Part shown: positions 1 to 8,060 of the stretch, one piece after another
Layout: each line of letters begins with the position of its first letter
How positions within the stretch are numbered: position 1 is the first letter of the stretch
NCBI GenBank assembly: GCA_045636085.1
Contig: JAZTWU010000122.1
Span: 1-61,328 of the forward strand
Length of the DNA: 61,328 nucleotides
DNA from: Eubacteriales bacterium
Lineage (GTDB): Bacteria > Bacillota > Clostridia > Oscillospirales > CAG-272
Direction of reading: 5' to 3'
Notes under the pieces: model-generated
Database searches by the model: none
Told to the model about the DNA's origin: nothing
What the model saw: the letters and a program-made list of their open reading frames with translations, nothing else
Made by a program: the position numbers and the translations under genes

Positions 1-277
1 CGGGAATGTCCTCACGCTTGAGGAAAAAGACCTTATTCTTTAAAGCAATGGCATCCTCACGGGTTTCGATCCCCTCGATGCCGAGAAGCACGAAGTCGCC
101 CGCAACCGAGCCGCGAGTGATCTTGCATTCCTTCATAGTGCCGTCCTTTTCGGCGAAGAAAACGCGCTTTTGCGCCGCAAGCACCTTCGGTGAGTCGCAC
201 CAGGCCTCCGTCTTCAAGAGTCCGCGGACGCCGTGCGCATTGCAAACACGGCCGCCCTCCAAATATTCCTTTTTCAT
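1..277 (-). CDS. rimM: 16S rRNA processing protein RimM, N-terminal fragment (gene continues past window start)
   Basis: Reverse-strand ATG at 275-277. My hand translation MKKEYLEGGRVCNAHGVRGLLKTEAWCDSPKVLAAQKRVFFAEKDG... stays open to base 1 and has the RimM-type G-x-V-x-x-x-H-G-V-R-G lead. Absent from the ORF track because it is truncated. Confidence 0.65.
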   Translation of the reverse strand, partial: MKKEYLEGGRVCNAHGVRGLLKTEAWCDSPKVLAAQKRVFFAEKDGTMKECKITRGSVAGDFVLLGIEGIETREDAIALKNKVFFLKREDIP

Positions 278-309
278 AACATTTATTTTATCACACCCGC
301 GCGCATATG

Positions 310-1386
310 TCAACTGTTTTCTGTATAGAGCCGCCGATACCCCTCCAGCATATGCGGGAGGGTGAACATAGCCTCGTAGCGCTTGCGCGCTCCCTTTTTC
401 AGCAGTTGCATCAGATTTTTATCCTCCAGAGCCTTCTCAATCGCGGCGGCAAGCCCCTCGGCATCCTCGCTCCGAAAGAGCAGACCGCTGACCTCGTGTG
501 CCACGCATTCGCGGTTTCCGCCGAAGTCGGAGGCAACGGTCGGGATACCGAGCGCGGCGCATTCGGAGGTGGCAAGGCAGGAGGTTTCCGTGCCGCGCGA
601 GGGATTGATGTTCAGCGAAAAAAGATTCTGATAGATGTGCGGCGTCGGGGTATATCCGATGAATTTCACGCGGTCGGAAATTCCGAGCGCGCGTGCCTCG
701 GCCTCCAGAAATTTGCGTCGGCTTCCATCGCCAACGAGCAGGAGCACGAGTGAGGGGCTTCTTTTCGTGAGTATATGCATCGCCTTCAGCAGAAGATCCT
801 GTCCCTTCACGTTCTCAAGCCTGCCAACACAGCCGAGCACGGTATCCTTTTCCGCAATGCCGAGGCTTGTCCTGAGCGCGCGTTTTTCCGAGCAAGAGAG
901 GCGGAGAGGCTCCTTCGTTCCGTTATAGATCAGGCGGATCCTTTCCTTCGGGATCCCCTCGCGCAAAAGCTCCTCCTCCGCCGCGCCTGCGGTGGCCACC
1001 GTCACCGTCGTCACGCGGTTATATAGCCGCCCGTAAAGCGGCGGCGTGCGCTTTTCACCCATTGCGCAATGGCGCGTGGAATACAGGCGCGGGATTCCCG
1101 CAAGTGCACCGCCGAGCCTTGCGCTGAAGGCGGCGTGGGTATGCAGAATGTCGCAGGGGTTTTCCTTGAAATAGCGGTAGAAGCGGAAAATGTCCTGCAT
1201 AGCCCCCGATCCGTGCATCGGCAAGGGCGTGATGCGAATGCCCTGCGGAAGCCGCTCGGCAAGCCTTGAGCCCTGCGGCAAAACCACCTCGAAATCGAAT
1301 TCCTCACGAAGCCCCTCCGTGATCAGGGAAAGCAAAATTCCTGCGCCCCCGATGTTTTCATCGCTGATGACCTGCGTGATCTTCAT
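310..1386 (-). CDS. glycosyltransferase, GT4/GT1 (GT-B fold) family
   Basis: Track ORF 310..1542. The internal ATG at 1384-1386 gives MKITQVISDENIGGAG, a typical GT4 N-terminus. The C-terminal half has the sugar-nucleotide motif region PSRGTETSCLATSECAALGIPTVASDFGGNRECV. Confidence 0.8.
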   Translation of the reverse strand: MKITQVISDENIGGAGILLSLITEGLREEFDFEVVLPQGSRLAERLPQGIRITPLPMHGSGAMQDIFRFYRYFKENPCDILHTHAAFSARLGGALAGIPRLYSTRHCAMGEKRTPPLYGRLYNRVTTVTVATAGAAEEELLREGIPKERIRLIYNGTKEPLRLSCSEKRALRTSLGIAEKDTVLGCVGRLENVKGQDLLLKAMHILTKRSPSLVLLLVGDGSRRKFLEAEARALGISDRVKFIGYTPTPHIYQNLFSLNINPSRGTETSCLATSECAALGIPTVASDFGGNRECVAHEVSGLLFRSEDAEGLAAAIEKALEDKNLMQLLKKGARKRYEAMFTLPHMLEGYRRLYTENS

Positions 1387-1493
1387 ATCCTTCTTTTTCC
1401 TCACATTCTCTCTACGTGTATGTAAAAAATAAAAAATGCAAAGAAAAATATACAAAATAAAGGCGGAGTGGTCGGTCCACTCCGCCTCTGCAA

Positions 1494-1973
1494 TTAGTTT
1501 TGGCGTTTTTGCTTGAAGTATGCGCGAAGGATGGAAAGACATTCGTCAGCGAGAAGTCCGCCCTCCACGGTCGGCTTATGATTGGTGGGAAGCTCGGCGA
1601 GATTGAAGAGCGAGCCGAAGGCGCCGAAGCGGATGTCGGGAATTCCGAATACCACGCGCCCGATGCGCGCGTTCACGATCGCACCCGCGCACATCGCGCA
1701 GGGCTCCATCGTCACAAAAAGCGTGCAATCGGGAAGCCGCCACCCGCCAAGAACGCGACAGCCCTCCTCGATTGCGAGAATCTCCGCGTGATGGGTGGCG
1801 CATTTGTTTTGCTCGCGGCGGTTATAGGCTCTTGCGATGATTTCTCCGCGATGCACCAGAACGGCACCGATGGGAACCTCGTCCTCATCCCTTGCCGCGG
1901 CGGCAAGCGCGAGTGCTTCGCGCATAAAGGCCTCGTCCTCTGCGGAGAAGGTGCTGATTTTTTCTTCTGCCAT
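1494..1973 (-). CDS. tadA: tRNA-specific adenosine deaminase
   Basis: HAEILAIE and PCAMCAGAI zinc-deaminase motifs. The ATG at 1971-1973 has GGAGG 5 nt upstream; the track ORF starts 8 codons earlier. Confidence 0.85.
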   Translation of the reverse strand: MAEEKISTFSAEDEAFMREALALAAAARDEDEVPIGAVLVHRGEIIARAYNRREQNKCATHHAEILAIEEGCRVLGGWRLPDCTLFVTMEPCAMCAGAIVNARIGRVVFGIPDIRFGAFGSLFNLAELPTNHKPTVEGGLLADECLSILRAYFKQKRQN

Positions 1974-2062
1974 TTTTTCCTCCGAAAAGAAAAGCACTCA
2001 CGCCGCAGAAAACCCGTGGCCTCTGCCGTAAGTGCTTTTTCGTAATTCCGTCTTTGGGCGGA

Positions 2063-2374
2063 TCAGCCGAAGATACCGCTGTAATCGGTCAGCTGCTTCC
2101 AGGCATCCACGGCGGAGGTCTGGTTGTAATCGGGCTGAATGATATAAACGATGATAACGCAGAGCGCGAAAATCACGCCGACGATCTTCGTCCACTTCTT
2201 GAGGATCACATCACCGCGGCTTGCGCTGTCCTTACCGTAGAAGGTATCTGCACCGCCGGTGATCGCACCGGAAAGTCCATCCTCCTTGGTCTTCTGAAGA
2301 AGAACCGAGACAACGAGGAAGATCGCGCTGGCGAGAAGGATCGCCATCAGAATGTAGTTCAAAACTGTAAGCAT
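2063..2374 (-). CDS. secG: preprotein translocase subunit SecG
   Basis: 103 aa with two TM segments and a Gly-rich loop (LLQKTKEDGLSGAITGGADTFYGK). AGGAG RBS upstream. Confidence 0.8.
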   Translation of the reverse strand: MLTVLNYILMAILLASAIFLVVSVLLQKTKEDGLSGAITGGADTFYGKDSASRGDVILKKWTKIVGVIFALCVIIVYIIQPDYNQTSAVDAWKQLTDYSGIFG

Positions 2375-2470
2375 AAATTCATCTCCTAAAGCATCTTTCG
2401 ATGCAAAAAAATCTTATAGAGTGATTGTATCATATTTTTTCAAAAAAAGCAAGACCTTTTTGAAAAATAT

Positions 2471-3403
2471 TTAATCTTTACAGTATAAGGGGGTGGAAAG
2501 GTAGCGCTCGCCCGTGTCGGGAAGGAGAACCACGATGCGTTTTCCCTCCATTTTTTCGCATCCCGCAAGCTTCACGGCGGCCGAGAGCGCCGCACCCGAG
2601 GAGATGCCGCAGAGAAGTCCCTCCGTCGTTGCGAGAAGGCGCGCCGCCTCGTAGGCCGCGGTCTCGGTCTCGCAGGCAACCTCGTCGTAAATTTCCGTAT
2701 CCAGAACTGCGGGGATAAAGTTTGCGCCAATGCCCTGAAGCCCGTGCGCTCCCGCTCTTCCCTCCGAAAGCAGGGGGGAGGAGGCCGGCTCAACGGCAAC
2801 GATGCGCACGCCGTTGCAGTGCTCCTTGAGATAGCGGCCAACGCCCGTCACCGTGCCGCCCGTGCCAACGCCCGCAACAAAGACGTCGATTGCTCCGTCC
2901 ATTGCCTCGAAAATTTCGGGGCCCGTCGTCCGATAATGCGCATCGGCGTTGTCGGGATTATCAAACTGCGAGGGGATATAGGCGCGCTCCGCCTTTGCCT
3001 TCAGCTCCTCCGCCTTTGCGATCGCGCCCTTCATTCCGAGTGCTCCCGGCGTCAGCACGACCTCTGCGCCGTATGCCTCCATCAGAAGGCGGCGCTCCTT
3101 GGACATAGAGTCAGGCATTACGATGCAAACGCGGTAGCCGCGCGCCGCACCGACGGCGCAAAGGCCGATGCCCGTATTGCCCGAGGTCGGCTCGATCAGA
3201 AGATCTCCCGGGGCGATTTCACCGCGCTCCTCTGCGCCGAGGATCATTCGCAATGCTACGCGATCCTTGGCCGAGCCTGCGGGATTCATTCCCTCGGCCT
3301 TCGCGAAGAGCTTTGCCTTCAGCCCCAGCTTCTTTTCCAGTCTCGTCAATGCAAAAATCGGCGTTTGTCCGATCGATGCTTCCAGATTTTCAAAAATTTT
3401 CAT
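2471..3403 (-). CDS. cysK: cysteine synthase A (O-acetylserine sulfhydrylase)
   Basis: PLP-lysine motif NPAGSAKDR and TSGNTGIGL loop. Start taken at the MKIFENLEASIGQTPIF ATG (3401-3403) rather than the longer track ORF. Confidence 0.9.
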   Translation of the reverse strand: MKIFENLEASIGQTPIFALTRLEKKLGLKAKLFAKAEGMNPAGSAKDRVALRMILGAEERGEIAPGDLLIEPTSGNTGIGLCAVGAARGYRVCIVMPDSMSKERRLLMEAYGAEVVLTPGALGMKGAIAKAEELKAKAERAYIPSQFDNPDNADAHYRTTGPEIFEAMDGAIDVFVAGVGTGGTVTGVGRYLKEHCNGVRIVAVEPASSPLLSEGRAGAHGLQGIGANFIPAVLDTEIYDEVACETETAAYEAARLLATTEGLLCGISSGAALSAAVKLAGCEKMEGKRIVVLLPDTGERYLSTPLYCKD

Positions 3404-3433
3404 TCTCTCTCTCCGATCCGTATCGGTATTGGG

Positions 3434-3472
3434 CAAAAAAGAACGCCCGATGAGGAGCATTCCCCATCGGGC
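3434..3472 (-). terminator. intrinsic terminator after the last gene of the phage-like operon
   Basis: Minus strand reads GCCCGATG-12 nt loop-CATCGGGC followed by GTTCTTTTTTG. Lies between the stop at 3517 and the cysK start. Confidence 0.5.
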
Positions 3473-3516
3473 TCCTCTTTATGACAGAAATATTCTATCA
3501 CACGAGGCATTTAAAG

Positions 3517-4338
3517 TCAAGAGGCGGCGCTTTCCTTTTTCTCCTCGCCGTGCTCGCACAGAAATTGGGCAAGCAGGCGCGTTTTTGCGCGAAGGAAGGG
3601 GATCTCGGCCTCGGAAACGAAGAGATAGCCCTGCGTATAGCCGCGCAGACCGATGATCAGAAGCGCCGAGAGCTTGAGGATTCCCTCCAGCACGGCCGAG
3701 GTGGTGAGAGAATCCCGAACGCTGACGGCAACGCCGATGCCGAAGGCTGTGCACAGAAGTGAGGGCGCCAGCCTCGCAAAAAGGCGGCGGCGTCTTTGTC
3801 TTGCGGGTTGCCAGAGCGGCGTTCCCTCCGCATCCGCGCCCTTGCCGAGAAGCATTGCGGCGCGCACGGGCAGAGGGCGAAGCCTTCGGTAGCGCCGGAG
3901 CTGTGCGGGACGGAGGGCGGCCTCATCCCTTGCACCGTAGGTAAGCAAAAGCAGGGCGCGGCGGCGGGAAAGCTCCTCCGCCGTGTAAGCGCGGCAGAAA
4001 TCCTCCAGCGCACCGTAGTGGTGCGGCGTGACGGCGGCCACCGCCTCCTTCAGCTCACGCTGTGCCTCCGTGAAGGCAGATTCGGCGCGGCCTGCGCATT
4101 CTCCCTCCTCCGCCAGAGAGAGAAATATAACGGCGGTTGCCACGGCGTAAATGCCGAGCTTCAGCGTCATTGCCTCGGCGCTCAGCGAGAGAAGGGAAAG
4201 GTCGGTAAAGGTGGCCAGCGCCGCGATGAGAAGCGCAAGCACCGCAATCCAGAAGCCGATGTGCGCGAAAAGTCGCTCCTTTCCCTTGGAAAATGCGGCA
4301 AGGGAGCCTGCAAGCAGGCGTTCATTCTTGCTTTCCAT
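3517..4338 (-). CDS. membrane protein (about 4 TM helices), last gene of the phage-like operon
   Basis: ATG at 4336-4338 (the track starts one GTG codon earlier). Hydrophobic stretches include HIGFWIAVLALLIAALATF, LGIYAVATAVIFLSL, LLCTAFGIGVAVSV and LSALLIIGL. Overlaps the preceding gene by 17 nt. Confidence 0.55.
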   Translation of the reverse strand: MESKNERLLAGSLAAFSKGKERLFAHIGFWIAVLALLIAALATFTDLSLLSLSAEAMTLKLGIYAVATAVIFLSLAEEGECAGRAESAFTEAQRELKEAVAAVTPHHYGALEDFCRAYTAEELSRRRALLLLTYGARDEAALRPAQLRRYRRLRPLPVRAAMLLGKGADAEGTPLWQPARQRRRRLFARLAPSLLCTAFGIGVAVSVRDSLTTSAVLEGILKLSALLIIGLRGYTQGYLFVSEAEIPFLRAKTRLLAQFLCEHGEEKKESAAS

Positions 4339-4693
4339 CACGCATACCCCGTCTGTTTGCTGCGCGCAGGCAAAGCGCGCCGAGCAGGTTGCCGATCAGG
4401 CCGAAAAAGCAGATCATACTCATCTCGGGCGCAATGCTTTGCACGAGGCGGAAAAAGATCAGGCCGAAAAGCCAGAGGCTCCAGATCGCAGGCGAGCGCA
4501 GATAATCCCTCAGCGCGCGCAGAAAGGGGAGCGCGCAGAGCACGCAGAGCAGAAGCGTTCCGCCGGCAATCCTTGCGCCGCCTCCGCGCTCACTCCAGAG
4601 CGGAAAGCAGGAGAGCGTTGCCGCCAAGGGGGTGCCAACGGCGAAAAGATAGCCGAGAGCCTTTAAAAGGCGGCCGCGCTTATTCCGTTTCAT
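4322..4693 (-). CDS. small multi-pass membrane protein (holin-sized, function unverified)
   Basis: 123 aa with 3-4 hydrophobic segments and charged termini. Overlaps both neighbours, which suggests translational coupling. Confidence 0.5.
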   Translation of the reverse strand: MKRNKRGRLLKALGYLFAVGTPLAATLSCFPLWSERGGGARIAGGTLLLCVLCALPFLRALRDYLRSPAIWSLWLFGLIFFRLVQSIAPEMSMICFFGLIGNLLGALCLRAANRRGMRDGKQE

Positions 4694-5300
4694 TGCTTTC
4701 GTCCTCTCTGCCGCGGTGCAATGTAGCCTTCATTTCCTCCACGCGCCCGAAAACGCGATCCTTTTCAAACTGCGGCAGGGCGGAGGAAAGAAAAATGTCG
4801 CGGAGCATATCCACCTGCCCCTCCATCAGCAGATGCAGTTTTTCAATCTCGCCCTTTTGGTCGCCGAAGGCATCGAGCTTTGTCTCGATTTCTGCGAGAG
4901 CCTGTTCCGTTTTCTTTGCGAGATCGTTTGCAAAATGAATAGTGTTGTTTGCATTTTCATAGATTTTCAGTGCTTGCTCCGTCTGCTTGGTTGCGCTCTT
5001 TTCGCAATCCTTGGTGGCGGCGCTGATGGCGCCGAGTCCCTCGCGCAAAAGCGGAAGAAGTCCCTTTTTATAGCAAAGGCCGATAATGCAGGCCGAGAGC
5101 AGGGAGAGGGCGGAGAAGACCTCGGGAAGATGCGCGCCGAGGCGCTCGTAAAGGAGAAGAAAAAATCCCTCCTCCTCTGTCACCTGCACTTCGTCGGCGG
5201 CTTGCGTTGCCTCCGTGCTCGGCTCGGCCGCGTGGGTTACTGCGGCGAAGGGAACAAGGAGCGAAAGGCAAAGGCAAAGCGTGAGTAAAATTCTTTTCAT
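4680..5300 (-). CDS. signal-peptide/membrane-anchored coiled-coil protein
   Basis: MKRILLTLCLCLSLLVPFAAVTHAAEP signal-like N-terminus, an internal TM (ALSLLSACIIGLCY), then heptad-rich sequence. The ATG at 5298-5300 has AAAGGAA 6 nt upstream. Confidence 0.55.
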   Translation of the reverse strand: MKRILLTLCLCLSLLVPFAAVTHAAEPSTEATQAADEVQVTEEEGFFLLLYERLGAHLPEVFSALSLLSACIIGLCYKKGLLPLLREGLGAISAATKDCEKSATKQTEQALKIYENANNTIHFANDLAKKTEQALAEIETKLDAFGDQKGEIEKLHLLMEGQVDMLRDIFLSSALPQFEKDRVFGRVEEMKATLHRGREDESNETE

Positions 5301-5315
5301 GGTGATTCCTTTCAT

Positions 5316-5711
5316 TCAGAAAATACTGGTGTCTGTGAGGCGTGTCTCAAGGGCTTGGATGCGTCGCTCCAGCGCCTCGACGCGCGCCAAAGAACCCTTC
5401 AGCGCCCGCTCCAGAGCGATGCATTCCTCCTTCCCCGGCGGAAGAAGATGCATGCATCCGCCGCTGATGAGGAAGGGCGGCCCCTCAAAGCGCTTGCCCT
5501 CTGCGAAGAAAACGGGGGTGTGGATGCCCGTTTGAAGCCCGTCCGCAGGAACCTCCGCGCCCTCCGCCGTGAGCGGAAAGCGCCTTGCTCCGATCGTGAG
5601 ATCTCCGGGCACGGGTGTGGTGAGGCGAAAGCGCGCACGGTCACAGCCGAGTCTTTCTGCGCGGATGATCAGCGCTCTTTCTCCCTCAAGCTCAAAAATG
5701 AATTCCTTCAT
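5316..5711 (-). CDS. hypothetical phage-like protein with C-terminal coiled coil
   Basis: 131 aa. ATGA overlap with the upstream gene. Ends LARVEALERRIQALETRL. No family recognised. Confidence 0.5.
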   Translation of the reverse strand: MKEFIFELEGERALIIRAERLGCDRARFRLTTPVPGDLTIGARRFPLTAEGAEVPADGLQTGIHTPVFFAEGKRFEGPPFLISGGCMHLLPPGKEECIALERALKGSLARVEALERRIQALETRLTDTSIF

Positions 5712-5935
5712 CGGAGCATCTCCTCCCGATAACAGATGTAAATGAAGTCCTCGTCCTCCTCGTAGTAAATGGAGAAGGTGGTCGGCGCTTCGCCCTCGGT
5801 GCGCTCCTTGAGCGGCTTATAGCCTGCCGCGCGCAGCTGTTCCTCCGAAGGGTTGGTATAGATCCGCCCGTTCACGGTGAGGTATGGGCGGGTCAGGCAA
5901 TCGATGCGTGTGTCGCTGATTCTTTTTGCGTACAT
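5708..5935 (-). CDS. hypothetical small phage-like protein
   Basis: The ATG at 5933-5935 has AAGGAG 5 nt upstream; the track ORF starts 6 codons earlier. 75 aa. Confidence 0.5.
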   Translation of the reverse strand: MYAKRISDTRIDCLTRPYLTVNGRIYTNPSEEQLRAAGYKPLKERTEGEAPTTFSIYYEEDEDFIYICYREEMLR

Positions 5936-5945
5936 AGCGTCTCCT

Positions 5946-7115
5946 TTAAACATAAGTGAAATACATAATGAAGGGGGAGATCTTCGTCTGCAAATTGAGG
6001 TAATTGTCTCCCTTCACGGTTTTTGGACGAATAGGCTCGAAGCGCTCGATCACGGGCGTTTCGGTCAACCAGAGAAGCTCTGCACCGAGCGATTGGAAGA
6101 GTGTAAGGAAGGATTCGGGCGTTTTGTAGGTGCTCTTCGCCGTGAAATCGATCGCCCTTCCGTCCTCGGTGCGCATTGCCCAGAAGGCGTTGGAGAGGAA
6201 GGAGGATTGGTTTGTGGTCAGTGAAAAGCAGTTGAGTGCAATGGTTTTGTCCCAAAGATCCTCGGGCAGAGCGATGCGATAGGTCGGAAGAGAGGAGCCG
6301 ACATCCACGGCGACGGCCTCCTCTGCTTGGAAGGGGCGGGACATCACGACGCGCTCAACATAGCCCTGCAAGGGGTATGCAATATCGGCAGAGGTGCTCA
6401 TCGTGCGCAGAGGCGCGCTCAGCGAAAAGCTGTAAAACTCGCCCGCGTATGGCTCGAATTCCTCCTCCGTCGGTGTGCCGAAGAAAAAGCCGAAGCTATC
6501 AAGATCCAGCTCGCGGATCGCTCCGCCCGTGGAAACAACGGACATACCGTTGATGCGCTTGGAGCTTGAGCTGCTCGTCAGAAACTGCACCGTTTCGCCG
6601 CCCGTGAAGGTTCCGCTTTTCGTGATCGCCTGTGTGCCGCTGTCGTACTTTATGACGAGACCCGAATTCAGCGAGCTTCCGCTGTACGTGGGGGCACGCA
6701 TGCGAAACATCACCGTGTAAATGACGCCCGATCCGTCACGAAGAAAGCCGTCGGGAAAAAGGGCTACCGTTTTGGTGGAGGAAAAGCGCAAAACGCCTCC
6801 CTCCACCTCGGCGCTCACGGCGCTGTTTTGCGCGGCCACCCGAAGCATCGCCTCGGCCAGCATTTCGCCGCTGACATAATTTCTTTTATGAAAGTGGATC
6901 GGGAAATGATAGCGCCCGTCCTCCCCTGCATCGCCGAGGTAGCTCGTATAGCGGACGCCGCTGGAAAGTGAAGCGGCGCTGGAATACGCACGTATGCCAA
7001 GGCTTATGAGGCCGTTTGCACGGGAGAGGGTAACTCTGTGGCCGGAGCTCATTTGCATCGTCTGCATCGTCGGCGCAGAGGTTGCTCCGAAGAAGCGAAG
7101 CCTGTCAGCAATCAA
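5946..7115 (-). CDS. putative tail fibre / receptor-binding protein
   Basis: 389 aa. TTG start at 7113-7115 with GAGGGGGG 6 nt upstream. Ser/Thr/Gly-rich, beta-type sequence. Assignment rests on its position after the fibre N-terminal-domain gene. Confidence 0.45.
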   Translation of the reverse strand: MIADRLRFFGATSAPTMQTMQMSSGHRVTLSRANGLISLGIRAYSSAASLSSGVRYTSYLGDAGEDGRYHFPIHFHKRNYVSGEMLAEAMLRVAAQNSAVSAEVEGGVLRFSSTKTVALFPDGFLRDGSGVIYTVMFRMRAPTYSGSSLNSGLVIKYDSGTQAITKSGTFTGGETVQFLTSSSSSKRINGMSVVSTGGAIRELDLDSFGFFFGTPTEEEFEPYAGEFYSFSLSAPLRTMSTSADIAYPLQGYVERVVMSRPFQAEEAVAVDVGSSLPTYRIALPEDLWDKTIALNCFSLTTNQSSFLSNAFWAMRTEDGRAIDFTAKSTYKTPESFLTLFQSLGAELLWLTETPVIERFEPIRPKTVKGDNYLNLQTKISPFIMYFTYV

Positions 7116-7581
7116 GCGTAACCCCCCTCACTAGGCCCTGCATTCTTCCGTCGTGCCAGAAGAGAAGGGTATAATGCTTGCCCGCCGCAGGGATAAAGAG
7201 CCCCTCGGCCACGTCATCGCCGCTGAAGTGGATATGCGGCTCTTCGGGATAGGAAAGCTCGGTTGGCGTATCGATCGGGGAATCGAAGCTCAGCGAGGCG
7301 TAATAATCCTCACGAATAAAATCGGGGAAGGATACGGCGATCGCCTCTGCCTCGGAAAAGCGCATATCGTCGCCGTGGCGAAGCAGAGCCTGCGCGCCGT
7401 CACCCTCCTTGACCTCGCCCGTCAGAGAGGAAAGCTCGGAGAAGGGATGCGTGCCGTCGCCGATTTTGATCAACGTGCCGCCTCCGATGCAAAGGAGCGC
7501 CAGCTCTCCCTCTGCGGGAATGATATCTGCCTGCGCCCATTGCTCCCGATCGGCGCGCAGGTGTTGTATGACTTTAGACAT
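7105..7581 (-). CDS. tail fibre protein with HylP/Mtd-type N-terminal domain
   Basis: N-terminus RADREQWAQADIIPAEGELALL...IKIGDGTHPFSELSSLTG follows the pattern R-x-x-x-x-W-x-x-x-D-x-I-x-x-x-G-E...K-x-G-D-G-x-x-x-F-S-x-L seen in phage hyaluronidase/fibre N-termini. GGAGG RBS. Confidence 0.65.
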   Translation of the reverse strand: MSKVIQHLRADREQWAQADIIPAEGELALLCIGGGTLIKIGDGTHPFSELSSLTGEVKEGDGAQALLRHGDDMRFSEAEAIAVSFPDFIREDYYASLSFDSPIDTPTELSYPEEPHIHFSGDDVAEGLFIPAAGKHYTLLFWHDGRMQGLVRGVTLDC

Positions 7582-7591
7582 AAGACCTCCG

Positions 7592-8038
7592 TTATATGGA
7601 ATCGGTTCTTTCCGAGGGGGCGCCGCAGTCCACGTGGAAATTTCCCGTGCCCCGGAAGCTGTCGCCCATCAGAAGAACCAGCGTTTTAAGTGTGCCCTCC
7701 ATTTCGGTGAGCAGGCTGTAAAGAGAGCGCCCGCCGATATCAAGGTAGGTGGAAAGGGCACCGCTTTTCAGATCGTCAAAAAGATTTTTCAGCGTGTGAC
7801 CGCTTTCCAGCCCCGTGGGGATCTCGCTCGCAAGCGAACCCGCGCCCGTGCTCCCAATGTCCGAAAGAAGGGCGTTGAAGCGGCGGATGATCAGCAGAGG
7901 GAGGCGGTCAAAGGCCTCCTTGAGCTGGGTTGCGGTGTAGCCCCTTCCGCCAAAGGCGGAGGAGGCTGTGGGGCGGGAGGGAAGCGCCGCAATGCAAAGC
8001 GGCGCGTATTCGCTCTCTAAGATAGGTTGGGTATTCAT
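7592..8038 (-). CDS. hypothetical virion protein
   Basis: 148 aa, GGAG RBS 6 nt upstream of the ATG at 8036-8038. No family recognised. Confidence 0.5.
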   Translation of the reverse strand: MNTQPILESEYAPLCIAALPSRPTASSAFGGRGYTATQLKEAFDRLPLLIIRRFNALLSDIGSTGAGSLASEIPTGLESGHTLKNLFDDLKSGALSTYLDIGGRSLYSLLTEMEGTLKTLVLLMGDSFRGTGNFHVDCGAPSERTDSI

Positions 8039-8060
8039 AATCGTCTCCGTTTCTCAGAAA

